The notes under the pieces: model-generated
The model's input: only the letters and a program-made list of their open reading frames with translations
What the model was told of the DNA's origin: nothing
The model's database searches: none
Shown here: one piece after another, positions 53,801 through 62,890 of the stretch
Numbering within the stretch: position 1 is the first letter of the stretch
Layout of the letters: each line of letters begins with the position of its first letter
Position numbers and translations under genes: made by a program
Origin: a virus
Lineage: Duplodnaviria; Heunggongvirae; Uroviricota; Caudoviricetes
Direction: 5' to 3' (one strand)
Virus record (IMG/VR): IMGVR_UViG_3300008113_000007
Location: 1-64,000 of that record
Length of the DNA stretch: 64,000 nt

Positions 53801-53995
53801 ATGAACGACTACGAGAGATACGACTTCTGGCACAGAGAGATGGAATCTGTCGTGCCGGAGAAGAAAAGAACAATGAAGCAGCTGATTGATTCGAACCGAA
53901 GGTTCGACGATAAGGTCGCAGCAGAAGAACGAAGGTCCGAGGACATAGACGGATACGCCGTATCCATTATAAACAATGTATTATATTACAACTGA
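53801..53995 (+). CDS. small hypothetical protein
   Basis: ORF only. Confidence 0.3.
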   Translation: MNDYERYDFWHREMESVVPEKKRTMKQLIDSNRRFDDKVAAEERRSEDIDGYAVSIINNVLYYN

Positions 53996-54058
53996 TTTTA
54001 TTGCCCGATACGTTCGGGCATTTTCGGCAACAAACGAGAGCAAACGAGTATAAAAGTT

Positions 54059-54247
54059 ATGGAGAGAACAGACATAAATATGACTGGGGTTGAAGTTCAG
54101 GCGGAGACAAGGCCGCTGCGCGCCTCGTGGACCAGGGAGACGTTCGGGGACCTCAAGATAGACTTCAAGAGCTACTCGATACAGAGCGTTTTCAGGGCAT
54201 CAAACAGAGTCAAAATTATAAAGGAGCTGTATGGTATCGGAGACTAG
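54059..54247 (+). CDS. small hypothetical protein
   Basis: ORF only. Confidence 0.25.
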   Translation: MERTDINMTGVEVQAETRPLRASWTRETFGDLKIDFKSYSIQSVFRASNRVKIIKELYGIGD

Positions 54248-55466
54248 CATAAGGAAGAAGCTCGAGAAGAAGAAGAGCAGCCTTCAGTTCCTGCCGTCTA
54301 AGATGGTCGCGGCTTCCGTAAGTAAGAGATTTGAGTACAAAGGTAAGACGCTCAAGACTTCTTATGCGGTGGACATCATACACAATATGATCCTGAAATA
54401 CTACTTCAGGAAGGAAAACAGCTTCAACCTACACTCTTCCATTCTCAAAGAGAAGTACGGTCACCTTTACAATCACTACATGGACTATCTCGTCGAAACC
54501 GGTGTCATCGAGATGACAAAAAACTACCTCTCGGGCCGGAACGCCAGGATTTACAGAATAAAGCCTGACGTACTGAAGTCCGATATAAAGAGGTACGTCA
54601 ACACCGACGCAACGCTGATAAAGAAGTACAGGAACAAAGTCTCTCAGGTCGAGGAGGCCGGCATACACGACTCACTCATCGATCCGGACATAAAGGCCCG
54701 TTTGGTTGACGATCTTTTCTACGTAGAGGTCGACCACGCCAAGTCAATCTTCTTTCTCGACCACCTCAAAGACAAAGGTGGCGAGATTTACAACAGGAAC
54801 GTCTACTCGGTCGAGTGCATCGGCGGAAAGCACATTTTCTATCACTTCGACGACTACGGCAGGATGCACACGAACTTTACCATCCTAAAGTCTTTCATCA
54901 GGAAGAATTGTCTTATGATAGATGGTGAGGCCACGCACGAAATAGACATAAAGAATAGTCAGCCTCTATTTCTGACAAAGATAATAGAGGAATCTGGCAG
55001 CAAATGGGTTAGGTCCGACGAGTTCGAGTTGTTCAAATACCTTACGCAGAAAGGTATGTACTACCAATACTTCATGGACTGCACCGGTGTGAAGGACAAG
55101 AAGACGATAAAGGAATGGACCTACAAAGTTCTTTTCGGCAGGAACGCCTCGAATAGCAAGGCGGACCGTGCATTTTTGTCGATATTCCCGACCATACACA
55201 ACTTCATAAAGCTGTATAAAAAGGACGCCGGTGACTACAGGATTCTTTCACACAGGCTGCAAAGGGCAGAGTCGAGACTTATCTTCAACAAACTCGTCAG
55301 AAGGATAATGGATAACTTACCAGACGTTCGTATGGTCACCGTTCACGACAGCATAATAGTCCAACAGCGACACCGCACCGAGGTTCAGGCCATATTCGAC
55401 GATGTCATGTCCGAGGAGTTCGGATTTCCAAAAACGTATGAGGAAGAATTAATATATACGGTATGA
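54231..55466 (+). CDS. hypothetical protein (411 aa)
   Basis: ORF only. Confidence 0.45.
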   Translation: MVSETSIRKKLEKKKSSLQFLPSKMVAASVSKRFEYKGKTLKTSYAVDIIHNMILKYYFRKENSFNLHSSILKEKYGHLYNHYMDYLVETGVIEMTKNYLSGRNARIYRIKPDVLKSDIKRYVNTDATLIKKYRNKVSQVEEAGIHDSLIDPDIKARLVDDLFYVEVDHAKSIFFLDHLKDKGGEIYNRNVYSVECIGGKHIFYHFDDYGRMHTNFTILKSFIRKNCLMIDGEATHEIDIKNSQPLFLTKIIEESGSKWVRSDEFELFKYLTQKGMYYQYFMDCTGVKDKKTIKEWTYKVLFGRNASNSKADRAFLSIFPTIHNFIKLYKKDAGDYRILSHRLQRAESRLIFNKLVRRIMDNLPDVRMVTVHDSIIVQQRHRTEVQAIFDDVMSEEFGFPKTYEEELIYTV

Positions 55467-56002
55467 GTGGACTAGAACAGCCTAACGCATCGTACCTTAT
55501 AGTATCGGCGGACAATATGGACGCGCTGACGTCGATACTATGGTCTAAGGAGTACAACATACTGCCGATACAAGGCTACTACGAGGGCAGTTTTGAAGAC
55601 TCCGTGCTTGCATACAAATCAGTCGACAACGACGAGCTGAGGAGAGACGCGATAAAGATACTCGACCTACACGGCCAGGAGTCTGCGATAATAAAGTATC
55701 TCGGTGAGTCCGAGCCGAGGAAGATCTTCTACAACGGAGAGGAGAGGCCGATGGGTGTGGTCATGTACAACACCGACGCCAAAAACAAGTCTTATCTCCA
55801 CAACGGTGTCTCGTTCTCGTTCGTAGAGAAGACTATGTACTGGTTTCCTAAGTCGAAGTCGGATCTTGCACAGGGCATGGTAGTCGAGTTTCTGAATAAC
55901 AACAAGTGGCTAGAGAAAAGAATACACGACCTTGACGAGGAGTGGGACAAAATGCTGTCTTTGTTGGTTAAGTACGAAAAGCTCCGAGTGGAGCGAGTCT
56001 AA
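55463..56002 (+). CDS. hypothetical protein
   Basis: ORF only. Confidence 0.4.
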   Translation: MSGLEQPNASYLIVSADNMDALTSILWSKEYNILPIQGYYEGSFEDSVLAYKSVDNDELRRDAIKILDLHGQESAIIKYLGESEPRKIFYNGEERPMGVVMYNTDAKNKSYLHNGVSFSFVEKTMYWFPKSKSDLAQGMVVEFLNNNKWLEKRIHDLDEEWDKMLSLLVKYEKLRVERV

Positions 56003-56625
56003 ATCTTCCTGTAGACGACGATGTCGTCGACCTCAATCTCCTCTAAGCCCGAAATCTTCGACAATGTTTCTTTGAGGCCTTTACCGCAGTTTCTCGATTC
56101 GATTATTACGGCACCTGGCCTAATCTCACCAACTACTTTTTCGTAGAATGCGGTCAGCTTCTCTTCGGTCTTGAACGGCGAGTATGTGTAGACCAGGTCG
56201 TATTTAGAGTATTCGTGGTCCATTATGTCGCCTATCAACAACTCGAGGTTCCCATCCCAGTAGTGCATCAGTTTCTCAATAAGAAAGTCCGAATACCTGG
56301 CGTGCTTCTCAATCCCGGAGAATTTGAATTTTTTGCCAGCAATATCTTCGGACTGTAGGTACAGATCGAACATTGTCGATGCCAAACCTATTCCGCAGTC
56401 GAAGATCCAGTTGCTTTCGCCGAGTAGCCCTCTTTCGTCAAGCCTTCTCAGTAAGAATATGTTCTGCTCCAGCTCTGAGGGTATGTAGTGCCACTCGTCG
56501 TGGTTTATGAATTCTCCTCGCGTTCCGTCGAAGTCTGTGAAAAGGCCCTGTGCGTCTGCTAGGTACTCCATCAGTTTCGGATGTGGGTCTACGAATTCGG
56601 TAGCGTACTCTCTGTTTTCTTCCAT
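55999..56625 (-). CDS. class I SAM-dependent methyltransferase
   Basis: Motif I 'IFDCGIGLAS' (hhDhGxGxG-type). Confidence 0.55.
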   Translation of the reverse strand: MEENREYATEFVDPHPKLMEYLADAQGLFTDFDGTRGEFINHDEWHYIPSELEQNIFLLRRLDERGLLGESNWIFDCGIGLASTMFDLYLQSEDIAGKKFKFSGIEKHARYSDFLIEKLMHYWDGNLELLIGDIMDHEYSKYDLVYTYSPFKTEEKLTAFYEKVVGEIRPGAVIIESRNCGKGLKETLSKISGLEEIEVDDIVVYRKI

Positions 56626-56627
56626 GG

Positions 56628-57410
56628 TCAGAAGTTGTCGTATTTGTTCTTCATTCCAATCTTAGGAAGTGTGCCTACTATGTGTCTTTGTAGTTCATCC
56701 TTGTTCAGCGCTCCGAGTTTCTGTAGTAGTTGTAGGTTTCTCTGGTACCACTTCGTTTCCGGTGCCTCTCTCTCGTGGAATAGGTGGTAGCATTTGCCCG
56801 GCATTTCGTGCCAGGAAAGGAAGTTTTTCACCTTTACCGCCATGAAGTCGTCCTCGCCTCCCCAACCGACGAAGTCCTCGTTGTAGCCGCCGATTCTCAG
56901 AAAGGCATCCTTTCTGAATATTGTCATTCCTCCGCAGATGTTTATTTTCTGGTTGTCTGTCTCTCCTCTTCCCGGCCTTTGTATCTTTACCATTTCTTCC
57001 AGTTTCCCGAGAGACTCAGTCACGTTTAGGTCGACGACTGAGCTATAAGGACTTACGCACTCGTAGTTGGTCATAAGCCTCAGGCCTTCGATGAAGTTGA
57101 ACGGATCCATTATGAGATCGCAGTCCGTCAGAACTACGACGTCCGCCTTGGCGTGTTTTACCCCGACGTTGAAGCCCCACGATCTGTTGAACGGCATCTC
57201 TGTCTTAGTGAAGATGTGCTTCACCGGAAGGTTGAAGTGTCCTATCTTTGAGTGCTTGTCCTGTTCGACGAGTATTATCTCCGATTCCGAGAAAGATGTT
57301 GCCCACTCAAGAACTCTCTTGAGGTTCTGTAGCCTGACGAGGTCTTTGTGTCTGTAGAGTATGACGAAGGAAAACGAGAGGTTCTCTTTTATCTCATGAG
57401 TCTGAATCAT
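56628..57410 (-). CDS. GT2-family (GT-A fold) glycosyltransferase, beta-1,4-galactosyltransferase-like
   Basis: DXD 'LTDCDLI'; C-terminal 'GGYNEDFVGWGGEDDD' hallmark of GalT-like (Glyco_transf_7C-type) enzymes. Confidence 0.7.
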   Translation of the reverse strand: MIQTHEIKENLSFSFVILYRHKDLVRLQNLKRVLEWATSFSESEIILVEQDKHSKIGHFNLPVKHIFTKTEMPFNRSWGFNVGVKHAKADVVVLTDCDLIMDPFNFIEGLRLMTNYECVSPYSSVVDLNVTESLGKLEEMVKIQRPGRGETDNQKINICGGMTIFRKDAFLRIGGYNEDFVGWGGEDDFMAVKVKNFLSWHEMPGKCYHLFHEREAPETKWYQRNLQLLQKLGALNKDELQRHIVGTLPKIGMKNKYDNF

Positions 57411-57479
57411 TCTTTTTCTTTGTTTTTTGTTTTATAAACTAAAATGATAACTTTGTTTTCATCCTGAACTACAATCGTT

Positions 57480-58025
57480 ATGATAGATCTAAAGAAGTTC
57501 AACTACTTCTCGGGTGAGGAGAGTGCCGTCGGTAAGGCGGTTCACCAGATATGCCAGATGCACGAGCTCGCTGGGAATATGTCGATACTGTTTCATTCGC
57601 GTACCGGCGGTGAAATCGGGCTTCACCACTCCATGCAGCCAGCCCACTCCTACCGAACGGATGCCGATCTACTGGCCATGCTCGAAGACAAAGGCTTAAT
57701 GTTCAGGGCCGACATAGTGGTCATCGACGCGTGGAAGATGAAGTCGGACCGTCTTGACAGAGTAGTCTCTCGAATGAAGGAGTTAGGACATCTCTTCATC
57801 ATAATGTCGCAGTCCTACCACGTCGTCGCGAACAACGACGAGGTTGCAGAGTACACTGCGCAGTCGAATATAGTAGAGGGAAAGCAGAGGAACGTCGTCG
57901 GCTTTTCAGTGCCGTTGAGAGAGACACGTATAAAGAGCAAGACCGAGAACTGGTCGGCGACCACCGACGAGCTAAAGTCCGCCTTCGTCAGAGACAAGAG
58001 GATTGACGATCTTTTAGGCGAATAA
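57480..58025 (+). CDS. hypothetical protein
   Basis: ORF followed by a bidirectional terminator. Confidence 0.4.
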   Translation: MIDLKKFNYFSGEESAVGKAVHQICQMHELAGNMSILFHSRTGGEIGLHHSMQPAHSYRTDADLLAMLEDKGLMFRADIVVIDAWKMKSDRLDRVVSRMKELGHLFIIMSQSYHVVANNDEVAEYTAQSNIVEGKQRNVVGFSVPLRETRIKSKTENWSATTDELKSAFVRDKRIDDLLGE

Positions 58026-58028
58026 AAA

Positions 58029-58053
58029 AAGAGGCAAATCGCCTCTTTTTTTA
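58029..58053. terminator. bidirectional terminator (agaggc-aaat-cgcctct plus a T-run, A-run upstream)
   Basis: Hairpin between convergent genes. Confidence 0.6.
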
Positions 58054-58710
58054 TTTCAGTTGAATCATATATGGTTCATCGAGCCATCCGTCGATTTGAT
58101 CTTTCTGTATCAGGTTGAGATGGGAAATTCTGTCTGCGTCGAATTTTGAAAACTCGAAGAACGGGTTGGTCATCTCGATGGCATCTCTCTTCATTGGTCT
58201 CATAACACCACAACCGAAGTCGGTATCGACGACACACATCATCATTTCTGTGTTTTGGCAAACATTTTTGTAAACGGCTTTCCATACGGTTCCAGTCCAT
58301 TCGTTCCTTGCTACAGTGTGGTGGTCTGCCTGTGCTGCGCGTGTGTGGTACTCTGTTGGTGGGTTGCAGTCGTGTAGTACGATTGTGCCGTTTTCCGAAA
58401 GATGTCTCATTGAGTTTATTATATCTTTCTCGACCTGTTCACACGTGTGCAGCCCGTCGATGAAAATTATGTCCCATTTGTAGTCCGCTTGTAGATCCAA
58501 CTCATTGCTCTCGAGAAGTTCGAAGAACTTGTCGGATTCGAATTTGTAAGTTGCCATATTCCACGGGTTCTCATAACCTGGATCTACAGAATGCTTAGTT
58601 GAACACTTTATGTGATCAAAACAATAAGTTGGATGAAACAGTCCTATCTCGAGGTATTTGCTGTAACCGTATTTCTCAACCGCCTTGTTAATAATGTCCT
58701 TTCTCTCCAT
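58051..58710 (-). CDS. class I SAM-dependent methyltransferase (Methyltransf_24 / CmcI-like O-methyltransferase)
   Basis: 'YLEIGLFHPT' motif I; 'WDIIFIDGLH' typical of the DxxFIDadH block of this family. Confidence 0.55.
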   Translation of the reverse strand: MERKDIINKAVEKYGYSKYLEIGLFHPTYCFDHIKCSTKHSVDPGYENPWNMATYKFESDKFFELLESNELDLQADYKWDIIFIDGLHTCEQVEKDIINSMRHLSENGTIVLHDCNPPTEYHTRAAQADHHTVARNEWTGTVWKAVYKNVCQNTEMMMCVVDTDFGCGVMRPMKRDAIEMTNPFFEFSKFDADRISHLNLIQKDQIDGWLDEPYMIQLK

Positions 58711-58756
58711 AAATTTTTTTTTATTTTTTATAGATAGAAAAAAACATTTGGTTCTA

Positions 58757-58942
58757 TTAGCCTAATATGATTCCTGGCGATTTGTACTCTTTCTGTGATA
58801 CAATCTCGAGCATTTGTGTCGTGCTTAGTTCTTTCGCGTTCCAACCCTTTTTCTTGGAGTACTCATTGATGAACCTCTCTCTCATCAGTATCATCTCGTC
58901 TTGAGTGATAGGCTCGTTCTTGATCATTTTGTTCTTGTCCAT
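58757..58942 (-). CDS. small hypothetical protein
   Basis: ORF only. Confidence 0.3.
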   Translation of the reverse strand: MDKNKMIKNEPITQDEMILMRERFINEYSKKKGWNAKELSTTQMLEIVSQKEYKSPGIILG

Positions 58943-58975
58943 GACGTAATTTTTATTTTATATATTATTTTGCAA

Positions 58976-59509
58976 TTACATCCTGTGTTCGTAAATATCA
59001 AAAACCTTTCTGAAGTCCTCCGAGCAGAGTAGCGGTACTATCTCGTTTATCTGTGCGTCCTCTAAATCCCACCACTTTAGTCTCAGTAAGGCATCTATCG
59101 TCTCATCGTCGAACCGCTTCTTTATGACTCTCGCCGGGTTTCCACCTACGATTGTGTATGGTTCTACGTCTTTCACGACGTGTGCTCCGTTGGCTAGTAC
59201 AGCGCCGTCGCCAACCGTTACTCCCGACATAATCGTGACGTCGTTACCTATCCAGACGTCGTTTCCGATCACGACGTCGCCCTTTGTGGCAGGATGGCCC
59301 TTCCCATCGAATTTGTTGAAAGTGTCAGTAAATATGTGTCCGAATGGATAAGTGGTTCCCCAGTGTGTGTTGTGGTTCCCACCAAGCATTATAGTTATGT
59401 TGTTGGCGATCGAGCAAAACGATCCTATTTCGAGCTTGACACCTTCCTGCCAGAACAGCGCCCTTATGTTTTCCACACCGTACGTGTGCCTTCCTATTCT
59501 GTAAGCCAT
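58976..59509 (-). CDS. hexapeptide-repeat (LbH) acetyltransferase, xenobiotic acetyltransferase (XAT/Vat/CatB-like) family
   Basis: Hexapeptide repeats '[34 protein letters not shown]', '[14 protein letters not shown]', C-terminal 'WWDL'. Confidence 0.75.
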   Translation of the reverse strand: MAYRIGRHTYGVENIRALFWQEGVKLEIGSFCSIANNITIMLGGNHNTHWGTTYPFGHIFTDTFNKFDGKGHPATKGDVVIGNDVWIGNDVTIMSGVTVGDGAVLANGAHVVKDVEPYTIVGGNPARVIKKRFDDETIDALLRLKWWDLEDAQINEIVPLLCSEDFRKVFDIYEHRM

Positions 59510-59558
59510 AATATTTTATTTTAAAAATTTTATAACTATATTTGATTAAAATTGATTT

Positions 59559-60026
59559 ATGTTTTCACTTTTTACGCTAATAATTTCGATATTGAGCTTC
59601 GTCGGGCTGGTATACTTCGTGTACAAGTTCGTCAAGTCATCACAGAGTCGGACATCTATCGAGTACAGGCTAGGTATCGGCCACCTCTGCTACTCGTGCA
59701 AGGCCGTCACAAGTAAGGCCGACTTCGACTGGGACATCAAGGCGAAGATGGACAAGCACTGCCTCTGCAAGATCTGCAAGAGGAACGAGGACATAGACAC
59801 ACTCACCGGCAAGTACTGGACGATGCTAGTGAACCGCTTAAAGTTCATACTCATAAAGCACTACCTGGGGTTCAGCATAGTACACTTCTCGATAATGGTC
59901 GCGCTCTGTGCGATTGGTATTACCATGAGCATAGGGTTTCTTTCGACGATCGTGAACGTGGCCAACTGCGGCTACTCTTATGTTAACTACAGGAGACTGT
60001 TATTATTGACTGAAAAGAATGGATGA
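59559..60026 (+). CDS. membrane protein with Cys-rich loop, hypothetical
   Basis: Two hydrophobic helices flanking 'CYSCKAV...CLCKICKRNE'. Confidence 0.4.
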   Translation: MFSLFTLIISILSFVGLVYFVYKFVKSSQSRTSIEYRLGIGHLCYSCKAVTSKADFDWDIKAKMDKHCLCKICKRNEDIDTLTGKYWTMLVNRLKFILIKHYLGFSIVHFSIMVALCAIGITMSIGFLSTIVNVANCGYSYVNYRRLLLLTEKNG

Positions 60027-60372
60027 TTTTTTCGACAGCTTCAAGAGGCCGGAGAAGAAGCACGACCACAAGGTAAGAGTGGTGCACTTCAAGAAGGAGC
60101 CATACGACATCTACATCGGCAGGCTTCCTGGTGGTCAGCACAACAAATGGGCCTACCCTAAGGAGCTGAGGAACAGCTTTCCTGAAGGAACGCCGAGAAA
60201 GGAGATAATAGCGGCCTACGAGGAGTACCTGCTGTCGAACGAGGAGCTTATGGCCTCGCTATGCGAGCTGAAGGACAAGGTTCTCGGTTGCTGGTGCAAG
60301 AACGAGGGAGGCGGCGGAAAGTCCTGCCACGGAGACATACTTGTAAAATGGGTAAAGAAGAAATGCAACTGA
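60019..60372 (+). CDS. DUF4326-family protein
   Basis: 'VVHFKKEPYDIYIGR' N-terminus and 'CHGDILVKW' C-terminal block characteristic of DUF4326. Confidence 0.55.
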   Translation: MDDFFDSFKRPEKKHDHKVRVVHFKKEPYDIYIGRLPGGQHNKWAYPKELRNSFPEGTPRKEIIAAYEEYLLSNEELMASLCELKDKVLGCWCKNEGGGGKSCHGDILVKWVKKKCN

Positions 60373-60394
60373 CTTATACCGAACTCGTTGCTTT

Positions 60395-61123
60395 TTATTT
60401 ATTGAAGCTTTTGAATTTTCTTAGATGATTGAAAGACTCGTTCGCATCTCCTTCTCCCGGTATCTTGTCATAGAAATCTTTGCTGGCCTTGAAGTAGAAA
60501 CCGTTATTTTCGAATTCGTTTCTGTTCATCGGTATTTCTTTTCCGTCTATCTTCCCGTCTTTGAAGTCGGGATAAGTCGTCCATAGAGAAATAAGCCCTT
60601 TTCCGTTCACTTCTCCTATCTTGGATCCTACGATAGTAATGAAGTTGGTCTTTTCGGCTTCCTCTTCCTTGACCGCGATCGTTTCCGGAACCATCTGGCC
60701 TCTTACCGGCCTATCGTATGTATATGACTTCTTGTCGCTATCCTTCAGATTTCCGTCAAACCCTATTGTCACGCATCCTACGTGAGCGCCTGCGTCTACT
60801 CCGGTCCACGCGGTCCTGAAAGGAGGATTTTCGCCAACTTTTGGCTCGTATTTAGAAATAGCATACTCTATTCCTTTTCTCCAGCTGTCTGTGTAGTAGG
60901 ATCCAGGCGCGTCTCCTATTTCGGTGCTAGGTCCCATATGCGATTTGATGTGGTCAATAGTCTGCTGCGAAATATAGACCAACCATTTTTCGGAAGAAAT
61001 CAACTTTTCTTCTGTGACGTTTTTGTCGGAAATGTATTGGTTTTCTCCGACTATCTTTTTGACCTGTTCTATTTCGCTCGATTCGATGCTTTCGAACAAT
61101 CTAAATCTTTTGATCTTCTTCAT
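60395..61123 (-). CDS. hypothetical protein; the probable start 'MKKIKRFRLFESIE' (CTS-like) is internal to track ORF 60395..61237
   Basis: In-frame ATG at ~61123 yields 'KRFRLFES', similar to 'MRYLKTFES'; the upstream 38 aa overlap a promoter region. Confidence 0.4.
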   Translation of the reverse strand: MKKIKRFRLFESIESSEIEQVKKIVGENQYISDKNVTEEKLISSEKWLVYISQQTIDHIKSHMGPSTEIGDAPGSYYTDSWRKGIEYAISKYEPKVGENPPFRTAWTGVDAGAHVGCVTIGFDGNLKDSDKKSYTYDRPVRGQMVPETIAVKEEEAEKTNFITIVGSKIGEVNGKGLISLWTTYPDFKDGKIDGKEIPMNRNEFENNGFYFKASKDFYDKIPGEGDANESFNHLRKFKSFNK

Positions 61124-61197
61124 ATCATGATAGTTTTTTTGATAGGGTGTCGATGTGTTCTTTGAACATACTTTTAACAATAATAGATCTTTTATTT

Positions 61198-61212
61198 TCT
61201 TGTATATATAAA
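61198..61212. promoter_or_regulatory. divergent TATATATAAATG box between the 60395 (minus) and Fpg/Nei (plus) genes
   Basis: Motif family. Confidence 0.3.
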
Positions 61213-61236
61213 TGTATATTACCAATATTTGAGACA

Positions 61237-62022
61237 ATGCCTGAGTTAGCGGAACTAAAAATAATGGCCGACTTCGTCAATGCGAAGTCAAAAGGAAGAA
61301 CCTACAACGCGGCGTACGACGTCGCTAAGGGAAACATACCGTCCAAATCGGGCGTTCCAGATGGCGACTTCAACGTGAAGGCAGAATCCTTCGGTAAAGA
61401 GCTGGTTATCAGTCTATATCATGATGTTGCACAAACAGACGTGCACGTGTTCATGGGTATGTCTGGCAACTGGAAGTTCGTTCCGACCGAGAGCTGGAAC
61501 GACACCAGGTTCGTCCGTCTTCGTCTCGACACTACCGACGGACACTCATTGCTGCTCTATGGATCGTATATGGGTCCTAAGTACAAGATTGGACCTTTTG
61601 CGACCAAGCGCGGTCCCGATCCGACCAAGTACTTCGACAGGTTCAAAGAGAACGTTCTGGCCAATCTTGCCAAGAAGGCATTCGACAGACCGATATGTGA
61701 GGCGTTGCTCGAGCAGAAGTACTTCAACGGCATCGGAAACTACCTCAGATCGACCATCCTTTACTACCTCGGTGAGAATCCTTTCGAGAAGGCAAGGGAC
61801 GTCATACAGAGACGCCCTGACATACTCGAAATGTGCCGCGACGTTCCTCTTCAGGCCTACAGGTACAACGGCGGCCAGCTCAGGGACTGGCACAACCCGA
61901 ACGGCGGTGACGCGAAGGACTTCACCGACTGGGTCTTCTACCAGAAGGGCCTAGGTGTCAGGGACAACACAGGTAGGACATTCTGGTTCGATGAAAGGTG
62001 GATCGAACACTGCCCGTACTGA
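61237..62022 (+). CDS. Fpg/Nei-family DNA glycosylase (endonuclease VIII-like, H2TH). True start MPELAEL at 61237; track ORF 61147..62022 is extended upstream
   Basis: N-terminal 'MPELAEL' (catalytic Pro2-Glu3 as in Fpg 'MPELPEV'); H2TH motif 'QKYFNGIGNYLRSTILYYLGENP'; no C-terminal zinc finger recognised (NEIL-like). Confidence 0.65.
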   Translation: MPELAELKIMADFVNAKSKGRTYNAAYDVAKGNIPSKSGVPDGDFNVKAESFGKELVISLYHDVAQTDVHVFMGMSGNWKFVPTESWNDTRFVRLRLDTTDGHSLLLYGSYMGPKYKIGPFATKRGPDPTKYFDRFKENVLANLAKKAFDRPICEALLEQKYFNGIGNYLRSTILYYLGENPFEKARDVIQRRPDILEMCRDVPLQAYRYNGGQLRDWHNPNGGDAKDFTDWVFYQKGLGVRDNTGRTFWFDERWIEHCPY

Positions 62023-62054
62023 AAACTTAGTAGTGAGATCCTTTTATAATAGTC

Positions 62055-62609
62055 ATGCCAAACACACTTATAAGGCTTGACAGCAACAACTGGACGCGTT
62101 TCTACGCTGATTTCACAACGAGGCTAGAGTCCTCTGGATATCAATCCATTCTTCTTACGCACAAGGAGTTTTTGACCAGCCTCTATTTGTGCAGCTCGAA
62201 GTTTACGTTCCGTTTCACGCTTACCGCGGACATCGTAGAGGACTCGAAAAGGCTTGATCTCGTTCGTGAGCTCGTCGAGAAGGAGCCTAACACTATCGTC
62301 TTCGTCGATGGTATCACGGTACACCACCTCATACCAGACTACCCATTGGTGCATTACTTGGGTCTCATCAAAAGGATAAAGTGCGACGTCTTTGTCGATG
62401 ATGAAACCAATTTCGAACCGACCACCAAAGGATACTGCATCAACTACGACAAGCACATAAGGCACTACGAGGCAAGGTACGCCACGCTCCTGCCACGCTC
62501 CCCTTTGCGCAGCGAGCACAACGTGGAGGATCCAGATTTTGGTGTTATGAGTCTGGATGAGTGGTGCAAGGCATATGTAAGGAACAAGAAAATAAACGAG
62601 ATAATATGA
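62055..62609 (+). CDS. hypothetical protein
   Basis: ORF only. Confidence 0.4.
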   Translation: MPNTLIRLDSNNWTRFYADFTTRLESSGYQSILLTHKEFLTSLYLCSSKFTFRFTLTADIVEDSKRLDLVRELVEKEPNTIVFVDGITVHHLIPDYPLVHYLGLIKRIKCDVFVDDETNFEPTTKGYCINYDKHIRHYEARYATLLPRSPLRSEHNVEDPDFGVMSLDEWCKAYVRNKKINEII

Positions 62610-62890
62610 GCAAACTTAATGAGGGCCTCGACCCTAACAACCCAGCACACAAAGTCATCATCGACATCAACAACAGGAACGAGAAACTTTACGGTCCTTA
62701 CAATGAGAAGCACAAGTTGTTTCAGGCTTTCGTACCGAAGCCCAAACCTTACACAATACCATCCGAACACGTGGAGTGGGTAAGTAAGATGGTCGAGTTC
62801 GGTATTTACGAGATGGAGAAAGGTGGTAGAAAGGCACCCGACACTGTATACGAGGTACTGAACGGATTAAAAGAAGCGGCGTGGGTATGA
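62561..62890 (+). CDS. hypothetical protein
   Basis: ORF overlapping its neighbours at both ends. Confidence 0.35.
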   Translation: MVQGICKEQENKRDNMSKLNEGLDPNNPAHKVIIDINNRNEKLYGPYNEKHKLFQAFVPKPKPYTIPSEHVEWVSKMVEFGIYEMEKGGRKAPDTVYEVLNGLKEAAWV

